Source: a candidate division WOR-3 bacterium (GTDB lineage: Bacteria; Hydrothermota; Tepidihabitantia; Tepidihabitantales; Tepidihabitantaceae). From it: a stretch of 60,584 nucleotides of DNA. Shown here piece by piece: positions 17,646 through 24,264 of the stretch. Under the pieces are notes generated by a model, which was not told the origin of the DNA, made no database searches, and was given only the letters and a program-made list of their open reading frames with translations. A program made the position numbers and the translations under genes. The first letter of the stretch is position 1. Every line of letters begins with the position of its first letter. The DNA lies in contig JBDRUN010000004.1 in assembly GCA_039801365.1 (NCBI GenBank), forward strand, positions 1 through 60,584, written 5' to 3'.

Positions 17646-19052
17646 CTAGTACTTCACTACCTGCGCCACTTCGGAGCCGCAGCGGACTAGGTAGACTCCG
17701 GGAGGCGAAGGACGGCCGAGGGCATCGGCACCATCCCAGACGCTGACCGCTGACCGTTCACCGCTGACCGTCAGGGTCCGCACGCACCGACCTGAGGTGT
17801 CGTAGATTCTGATTCCTTCCTGGCTGTTGGCTGTTAGCGGCAAACTGATGGCGATTCTTCCCCTGAACGGATTTGGCTCGCAGCGCAGCCCGCCGTCCGC
17901 TTCCTGCTCTTCTCGTTCGGCTACGCCGACTGGATATCCGAAGTGACTATACATCACCTTGTACGGCGCCGTGCTTCCCTGGGTCCACACAACCGTTGCG
18001 CCAAGACAGTTCGGATGCCGCACGTCCTCGGTGATCGGCAACAGGCCACGCAAGGTGCCGCTGCGCCACCCGGTCATGAAGTAATAGAGGTGACATGCGA
18101 TGTCGGCACCGCCGCCAAGATGTTCATTTTCATTCCAGAACAGGTATGACCAGGTACTGCCGACGTGCGCTAGCACCGGCCGCGTTGAACGGGCTGCGGT
18201 CGGATATCCGCCGCCGTTCCCGCCTTCAAAGTGTGCCTCCATGTTCCCGGACGAGCTGTCTTCCCACGCACAGGCAAAGCTTTCGCCCGGTGAGCCGCGG
18301 TCAAGCGACGGGTGGCGCAATGGCCACGCGTGTGTCGCCAGCACCACCTCGCTGCCCCACACGCCGCCGACCCTACTGCGGCGTCGGATTGAGTAGGGCA
18401 CGTGGCTTGCAGAATCAACCTGCTGCCAGACTACCACCATCTCGTTGCCCTGCGAGAAGTACTCAATCGAGGGAAAGAAACAGCATCCGGTCGTGGTTGT
18501 CGAAACCCGAAAGGTATCGCTTTGCGTGCCATTCTCGTTACATTCCCGGTAGTAGATTGCCGGTTTGCCAAACCGATAATCTTCCCACACGACATGTGCG
18601 ATTCCGGCTGAATCTCCCCACACATCCGGGTGTAGTGCGTCGGCCCGGGATTGGCTCACATCGAGGGGTGCCATCCGATACTCGAAATTGCGGTAATAGA
18701 CTTGCCGCTTTCCGGAACTCGTGTCTGGAAACTCCCAGACCAGGTGCCGGTCGCCATCCGGTCCTTTGTCAATTCCCGGATTTTGACCCGGATACATCAT
18801 CACCGGCCTGGTCCACTCGAACCGGTTGATATTGCATACTCCAAGGCAGGACCACACACCATCTCTCGACTGGAATACGAGCGTCAGCGTCTCGCCCGGC
18901 ATTCCGGAAAACTCAAACGCGGCCAGTTTGTGGCTGTTGTTGTACGCGGTGGCGTATGAAACGTCGGTTGAGCAAATGCAGCCAAAGAACCACTGCCCGC
19001 TTGCTGCGCCAGCCGCAGCAAGCACCGCGACTGCGACCTTCAGGCAATCCAT
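17646..19052 (-). CDS. secreted beta-propeller (sialidase/BNR-like fold) protein with T9SS C-terminal sorting domain
   Basis: GGAGG RBS then signal peptide MDCLKVAVAVLAAAGAASG. Repeated blades contain HVVW / VVVW ... YYR motifs. C-terminus PNPF...IRIYDTSGRCV...GVYLVRC...VVKY. Confidence 0.75.
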   Translation of the reverse strand: MDCLKVAVAVLAAAGAASGQWFFGCICSTDVSYATAYNNSHKLAAFEFSGMPGETLTLVFQSRDGVWSCLGVCNINRFEWTRPVMMYPGQNPGIDKGPDGDRHLVWEFPDTSSGKRQVYYRNFEYRMAPLDVSQSRADALHPDVWGDSAGIAHVVWEDYRFGKPAIYYRECNENGTQSDTFRVSTTTTGCCFFPSIEYFSQGNEMVVVWQQVDSASHVPYSIRRRSRVGGVWGSEVVLATHAWPLRHPSLDRGSPGESFACAWEDSSSGNMEAHFEGGNGGGYPTAARSTRPVLAHVGSTWSYLFWNENEHLGGGADIACHLYYFMTGWRSGTLRGLLPITEDVRHPNCLGATVVWTQGSTAPYKVMYSHFGYPVGVAEREEQEADGGLRCEPNPFRGRIAISLPLTANSQEGIRIYDTSGRCVRTLTVSGERSAVSVWDGADALGRPSPPGVYLVRCGSEVAQVVKY

Positions 19053-19125
19053 AGCACCTCCTTTCGGGTAAACAATGGTAGACCACAGACAGACATCTGT
19101 CAATACGGATTGCCGCGAGTCAACC

Positions 19126-19153
19126 TTGACCAGTGACGCCCGACCGCTACTAT
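19126..19153 (+). promoter_or_regulatory. sigma70-like promoter abutting the dipeptidase start
   Basis: TTGACC, 16-nt spacer, TACTAT, then 7 nt to the ATG at 19161. No SD. Confidence 0.5.
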
Positions 19154-19160
19154 CCGTTCG

Positions 19161-20171
19161 ATGCCGAAGTCGGAGTGCCCCTCAACTGCAAGCTACGACC
19201 TGCAAGCCAGACGCTTCCTTACGGTTGACCTTCACTGCGACGCCATATATGAGCACGCCAAAGGCGCAAAGGACATCACCCAGCGGACCAACATCGGCCA
19301 TCTCGACATTCCGCGCATGAAAGAAGGCGGCATCACTGCGCAGGTATTCGCCGTCTGGACCAACCCGGAGACATTCAAACCCAGCGAACGCGCGCCGTTC
19401 GTGCACAAGGCGATGGACGCGTTCGAAGACATCTGCCGCACTGTGCCAAAGGAGATCGGCCCTGCTCGCACTCCAGACGAGATGATAGCGCTGGTCGAGT
19501 CTGGCCGCATCGCGGGTATCCTCGGCATCGAAGGCGGCCATGCGCTGGAGGGCTGTCTTGATAACATCGAAGTATTCCAGAAGCGCGGGGTTCGCATCAT
19601 CACCCTGACCTGGAACAATGCCAACGAGTTCGCAGATTCTTGTATGGAAGACACCGGCCGCGGCCTGACCCAGCTTGGTGTCAGGGCGGTCGCACTCATG
19701 AACCGGCTGGGCATCATCGTTGACCTATCCCACTCTGCTCCAAGTACGTTCTTTGACGCGCTGGAAACATCAACCGCACCGGTCATCTGCTCTCATTCTG
19801 CCTGTCGGGCACTGTGCGACCATCGCCGCAATCTGACTAATGACCAGCTCAAGGCATTGGCGCAGGCAAGAGGGCTTATTGGCATTGTATTCCTGCCTGC
19901 TTTTCTACGGCCTGAACCAGAGCCGACTTCACTTGCGGATGTGCTCAACCATATCCAGCACGCAGTTGAAGTCGCAGGAGTAGATTCTGTCGCGCTCGGC
20001 TCAGACTTCGACGGCTTCGGGCAAGGCCCGGTAGGACTGGAAGACGCTAGTCGAATGCCGGCCCTTGCCGCAGGCTTGCGCTCGCGCGGCTTCCCGGAGC
20101 CGGACATCCGCAAGATTCTTGGCGAGAACTTCCTCCGTGTGTGGCGTGAGGTTGAGGCCAGGAAGCATTAA
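19161..20171 (+). CDS. membrane dipeptidase (peptidase family M19)
   Basis: DLHCD metal-binding motif, HLDIPRMKEGGITAQVFAVW and DLSH motifs, LGSDFDG. Typical length of 336 aa. Confidence 0.9.
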   Translation: MPKSECPSTASYDLQARRFLTVDLHCDAIYEHAKGAKDITQRTNIGHLDIPRMKEGGITAQVFAVWTNPETFKPSERAPFVHKAMDAFEDICRTVPKEIGPARTPDEMIALVESGRIAGILGIEGGHALEGCLDNIEVFQKRGVRIITLTWNNANEFADSCMEDTGRGLTQLGVRAVALMNRLGIIVDLSHSAPSTFFDALETSTAPVICSHSACRALCDHRRNLTNDQLKALAQARGLIGIVFLPAFLRPEPEPTSLADVLNHIQHAVEVAGVDSVALGSDFDGFGQGPVGLEDASRMPALAAGLRSRGFPEPDIRKILGENFLRVWREVEARKH

Positions 20172-20609
20172 GTTTGGCCAGCCAGGCACCAAGCCAGGAG
20201 AGGGGCGGTTCTACCAATTCTGGTTGGAGTTGCAGCCAGGGTCGTCCGACAATTGCCGGTCGAAGTCATTGGAGTTGTGACCTGGATGGTATCCTTCCCC
20301 GCGACTTGCGGTGCGTCCTGGCCAGCACCAGAACCTGTGCCTGACCGTGTGCCTGTCATTCTTGCTCGCTCCGTATCCGGGCAGGCATCAGGCACAGTGC
20401 CCAGCAGAGTCGGCAGGTAAGCAGAGCAGCAGCTAGCAGAAGAAACCGCTCTGCTAGCGACCTGTTCAGTTGCGGGGATTATGGCAAGGTAGGCGGCGGG
20501 GGGAATGACCCCTACCCTTGAATTCCAGAGACCATAACAGCATGGTAAGTAGTATCTTGCACATATAGTTAGCTTACAGAACCACTTCCGGCCTCGTTCA
20601 CTGTCCGGC

Positions 20610-20637
20610 TTGAAGGCATTCACCAATATTGTAGAAT
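20610..20637 (+). promoter_or_regulatory. sigma70-like promoter abutting the XRE-family gene
   Basis: TTGAAG, 16-nt spacer, TAGAAT, then 10 nt to the ATG at 20648. No SD. Confidence 0.5.
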
Positions 20638-20647
20638 CAAGCTAGTC

Positions 20648-21661
20648 ATGAGGGTGCCTGCGCAGGCATTCCGATTCAGCTCAGAGCTAGGCAAGAGGCT
20701 CAGGGAGCTGCGTGAACGTGCAGGGCTGAAACAGGCCGAAGTCGCTTTCCGCATGGGCCGGCACAGCTCCAATCTAGTCAGCCGGCTCGAACTTGGTAAA
20801 CCGAAGTTTCCAACCCTTGGTCTTATTGCCGACTTTCTCGCTGCCTGTGGCGCTTCATTCAGAGACGTGGCTGACCTGCTCGACCGGCCCGGTGCAGAGA
20901 GACCCAAACGCAAGCCCAGGCCGAAGACACTGGAACAGCGGATTGCGCTCATCAGGAAAAAGGCCGCACCGCTTGGCCGGCAAAGAGCGCTTGAGGACTG
21001 GCTCTACTCAGTCGTGAAGAGTGAAGGAATGCCGAAGAAGTTCGTCGAACGCAAGAAACTCATCGAGTCCGGCCGCAGGATATTCCGACTGATGGAGCAG
21101 GCCCGCCGCGGCATCGAGGCGGAGAAGAAGGCACTTATCTCCTCCGGCATCAGCGAAAAAGTGGCAGATGACCTTGAAGCCGCGGTGCAGGTGTGCCTGA
21201 ACAACCTGGCCGAATCCGGCGACCTGGACTGCGACACGACAGTTGACGCGGTCTCGATTGCCGAGGGCCGGGCAAAACTGCCCAGAATCAAGAAGGCAGA
21301 CAAGCGGCTGGAAGAAGAACTATCCGTGAAGCTCAAGCACTGGCGTCAGATGCGCTACTATACAACAGAGCGCATCAAGGAAGAAATCAGAGAACCTTTG
21401 AAACAGCAGGGCTGCAACCCGCCTGGTCCATACCTTGCCATCGTGCCTGACTTCTTCCAGATTGCCGAAGAGACCGCACTAGACTCAGAAGAACGCAAGG
21501 CCCGCACCGAAGCCCGGATTGCCCAGGTGAACGACAAGGACGGCGTGCGCAAGATGGCCGAGATGGTGTACGACCTGTATGAGAAGTACAAGGTGAACAT
21601 TCCTGCCCGTCCCTTTGACTGGGACGCGCCCGTGCGTACCTCCCGCCCGGGCCGGCGCTGA
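20648..21661 (+). CDS. XRE-family HTH protein with a ~260-aa uncharacterised C-terminal region
   Basis: N-terminal LGKRLRELRERAGLKQAEVAFRMGRHSSNLVSRLELGK is an HTH_XRE pattern. The rest is charged/helical with no recognised domain. Confidence 0.7.
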   Translation: MRVPAQAFRFSSELGKRLRELRERAGLKQAEVAFRMGRHSSNLVSRLELGKPKFPTLGLIADFLAACGASFRDVADLLDRPGAERPKRKPRPKTLEQRIALIRKKAAPLGRQRALEDWLYSVVKSEGMPKKFVERKKLIESGRRIFRLMEQARRGIEAEKKALISSGISEKVADDLEAAVQVCLNNLAESGDLDCDTTVDAVSIAEGRAKLPRIKKADKRLEEELSVKLKHWRQMRYYTTERIKEEIREPLKQQGCNPPGPYLAIVPDFFQIAEETALDSEERKARTEARIAQVNDKDGVRKMAEMVYDLYEKYKVNIPARPFDWDAPVRTSRPGRR

Positions 21662-21842
21662 AGCGGGCAAAGAACCGACACAGAACTCAGCCGCCAAGAC
21701 AGGATATGGAAAGGCAGATACAGCCGACAATGACCGCCCGGCCGCCGGCAGTGATACCCTTCGCTGCCTGGATATCATCTGTGACAGACGGTCATCTCTG
21801 GTTGCCCGGAACGCGGGCGGTGCCTTCAGCCTGTCCGGTCGG

Positions 21843-22064
21843 CTAGCCTGTCGGGACCGGTGCGGCGAGGTCTTCGAGAATGACGCGCCGGAGTATCTGC
21901 TCGTCACCGAAGCGGCGGCGCGCGTCCAGCACTTCAATGCCGGCAATCCGGCCGTCTTCGGTGTAGTCCACCGCAATGCCCTCGGCAACGTGCTTGGTCG
22001 TCACCGTGGTCTCGATGAACCTGATATACAGCGCGTCAACTTCAGAGTCGTATGATATTCGCAT
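21843..22064 (-). CDS. DUF2283-family protein (putative antitoxin)
   Basis: MRISYDSEVDALYIRF...GIAVDYTEDGRIAGIEVLDA matches the DUF2283 pattern. GAGGA RBS. Start trimmed from 22178. Confidence 0.75.
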   Translation of the reverse strand: MRISYDSEVDALYIRFIETTVTTKHVAEGIAVDYTEDGRIAGIEVLDARRRFGDEQILRRVILEDLAAPVPTG

Positions 22065-22072
22065 GCTTTCCT

Positions 22073-22333
22073 CTAATCCTGTAGATAATACACGTAAACC
22101 GTGACCACTACAATAGCATCCGATTCCTCGACAAGCACCGGACGCACCTGCTTTCTTGCGTACCATCGGCCGTTCCACTCGCGGCCGAACGCGAACTCCT
22201 TGCGGTAGTCTCGCCGGCCGCGCTCAACCGGTTGCCAAGGACCTTCCCGAATAGCTTCAATGACTTCCGACTCAGAAGCCCCGCAGAAGACCATGTTCTC
22301 CCGGGCGTGGCGTGAGAACCTGATGAGCTTCAT
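22073..22333 (-). CDS. DUF4258-family protein (putative toxin)
   Basis: 86 aa, with FSRHARENMVFCGASESEVIEAI typical of DUF4258. Immediately upstream of the DUF2283 gene. Confidence 0.75.
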   Translation of the reverse strand: MKLIRFSRHARENMVFCGASESEVIEAIREGPWQPVERGRRDYRKEFAFGREWNGRWYARKQVRPVLVEESDAIVVVTVYVYYLQD

Positions 22334-22339
22334 ACCCTG

Positions 22340-22369
22340 ATTCTAGCTCCCGGCCCCGTTCCTGTCCAA
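22340..22369 (-). promoter_or_regulatory. sigma70-like promoter abutting the DUF4258 gene
   Basis: Minus strand: TTGGAC, 18-nt spacer, TAGAAT, then 6 nt to the ATG at 22333. Confidence 0.45.
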
Positions 22370-22857
22370 TGCCGGTCGTAGTCCATCCCCCGGCTGGCCC
22401 TGTTCAGCACTCAACGCTCCCCCCCACCATCACATGCTGTCTACTGCTTACCGTACGCCGTCCTGACTGACCTCGGGCAACTGCTGTCTTTCCTGCGTGA
22501 AACGCCCGGATTCCGGGGCTACCCCGGAATCCCCGGCCCGGACTTTGGACTCCCGAAGGAATTCCCGGCGCAAGACGCCGGGCATAGAGCCTCATTCCGC
22601 CTTGACATCACTCCGAAATACGGGAAGTGTCCCTCATCCCGCCCAGCAGAGGCATCAGCCTGCCGTCACGAGTCGGTCCGGCTCCGGTCGATGTGCTACT
22701 CATAACGAACATCGCTGCCTCCTTTGGCGTCCCGCGCTTTGTGGCTCTTGCTTGGTAGCTTATTCCAGACCCGGCTCAAGTCAACCGGCCAGCGCCGGAG
22801 AGTGCGAGGCGCGGGGCTCCCCGCGCCCCGCCTATCTCGGCCGTGAACACACCCTGG

Positions 22858-23616
22858 TTACTTCACGATGATGGTCTGCTTGGTGACGGTAGCACCATCG
22901 AGATCAAGTGTGTAGAAATAGGTCCCGGGCTCGACAGGAGTGCCGTCCGGACGAAGCCCATTCCAAGTGACACTGTACCCGCCCGCTGACGTATGCTCGT
23001 TCAGCAGCTCCCGAGCGAGTCGTCCTGACTTATCATACACGATTAACTTTGCCGTACCGTCCCGTGGAAGTTCGTAGGCGATATTCAGACTCCGGCAGGT
23101 GGGGCTTGGTGCACCCCTTAGGCGTAGGTTAGCAGCAAAGGGAGACTGATTCGACTCGCCGACACCTGGTAGTCGTTCCCAGGCACCCCGGAGAATGAGT
23201 ATCCCAACCAAACACTGCCCGTGGTTGTCACTGTGAGAGCCGTCGTTCACACCGAGATAAAGTTCGCCGGCCCAAGGTGAAGATTCCATCCCGTAGAGCC
23301 GGCCGACGCCGAATGGCTCATTGTCACCCACCTTACCGACTATTCCGTATCCACCGAGCGACCCTGCCGGAAGGAGACCTCCCTGCGGACTAGGCTGCCC
23401 TTCCCCAAAGATGGTGAAGACGTTCGGTTCCCACCAGGTCGCGGCCGCGAAGCCGAAGAGGTATATCCTGTCACCCTGCTCGACCTGAATACCCGTGGCC
23501 TGCCACCCGGGATCTGATGTCTCGACGAAGAAGACGGCATCTATGTACTGCTGAGCGCTGGCCGGTGACGCCAAGAGAGCCGCAACAGCCAACACGACAA
23601 ACCCCGCAGTCCTCAT
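22858..23616 (-). CDS. secreted beta-sandwich (possibly PA-IL/LecA-like lectin fold) protein with T9SS/FlgD-Ig-like C-terminal domain
   Basis: GGAGG RBS then signal peptide MRTAGFVVLAVAALLASPASA. C-terminus LIVYDKSGRLA...GTYFYTLDLDGATVTKQTIIVK. The lectin-fold call is weak. Confidence 0.7.
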   Translation of the reverse strand: MRTAGFVVLAVAALLASPASAQQYIDAVFFVETSDPGWQATGIQVEQGDRIYLFGFAAATWWEPNVFTIFGEGQPSPQGGLLPAGSLGGYGIVGKVGDNEPFGVGRLYGMESSPWAGELYLGVNDGSHSDNHGQCLVGILILRGAWERLPGVGESNQSPFAANLRLRGAPSPTCRSLNIAYELPRDGTAKLIVYDKSGRLARELLNEHTSAGGYSVTWNGLRPDGTPVEPGTYFYTLDLDGATVTKQTIIVK

Positions 23617-24264
23617 ACGACCTCCGATCATTTGCTTGGCGCATCCGCGCACCTCGGATGCGCATCTTTCGAGTTCGGCTCGGTGCCGCCGTTGCCAGTC
23701 AGTAACCGCTGCATACGCCCGCGGCTCAACCGGCGAATCCTTCTTGCGCCCGACGCATGCATCGGGCGTTGTCGAGATGGGGTTCTTTCTCTCAGTCCGG
23801 GCGTTGCACCCGACTACACTTGGCTGCTCAAGTCAGAAAACGCGGAATGATAGCAGATAGGGGGTCAAGTGCTGCATAATTGACTGTAGCGGCACAACTT
23901 ACGCCATTGTGGCCGGCTCTGTCTTTCTGGGGGGGTACGTGCTGCTGCCAAGACTACGCCAGCGCCGGCTTATCAGGAGAATCACCAATGCGGAACTCAA
24001 CCCGGCTGGGAAACACCGCGGGCAAGAAGCTGCGAGTGCGCAGCGATGAGCTACTCCGCGGCAACTACTAGGGACAGCGTTTCTCGGCTCCGCGCCCCTT
24101 CTGTCCCTTTGGCTGGGACGCGCCGGTCAAGCCACAGCGACGCTGAAGGCTGTTGCTGGTAAGCTACCCTCGGACTCACAGTTGGCTACGGCTCTTCCCA
24201 GTCAGGTACACCTTCTTCTCTTCCCGTCTGCCGCGGGCACCCTTCTTCCCGGCCCGAGGTCTAA

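Noticed and set aside
20385-20615. Possible bacterial RNase P RNA: UCCGGGC, GUGCC, GGUAAG, GAAACC, GCAAGG, ACAGAACC and CCGGCUU occur in the canonical order
   Set aside because: The near-universal GGAAAGUCC (CR-I) is absent. The putative P4 strands do not pair, and there is no convincing P1-P3. Short GC-rich motifs match easily by chance. Kept only as a generic ncRNA candidate.
20168-20626. 152-aa minus-strand ORF filling the dipeptidase-XRE gap
   Set aside because: No RBS or promoter, odd Cys/Thr/Ala/Gly-rich composition, no motif, and it overlaps the dipeptidase stop. It looks like a chance ORF in structured GC-rich DNA.
22497-22871. 124-aa plus-strand ORF in the gap upstream of the DUF4258 gene
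   Set aside because: Arg/Ser/Pro-rich low-complexity translation with no RBS. It runs through the palindromic hairpins and overlaps the end of the convergent T9SS cargo gene.
23963-24220. Firm call of a cobalamin (or TPP) riboswitch upstream of the TonB receptor
   Set aside because: Only fragments match either consensus, and both classes can be partly fitted to the same stretch. The region also contains a coding-like relic (PFGWDAPV...). Reported as an unresolved structured leader, not as a feature.
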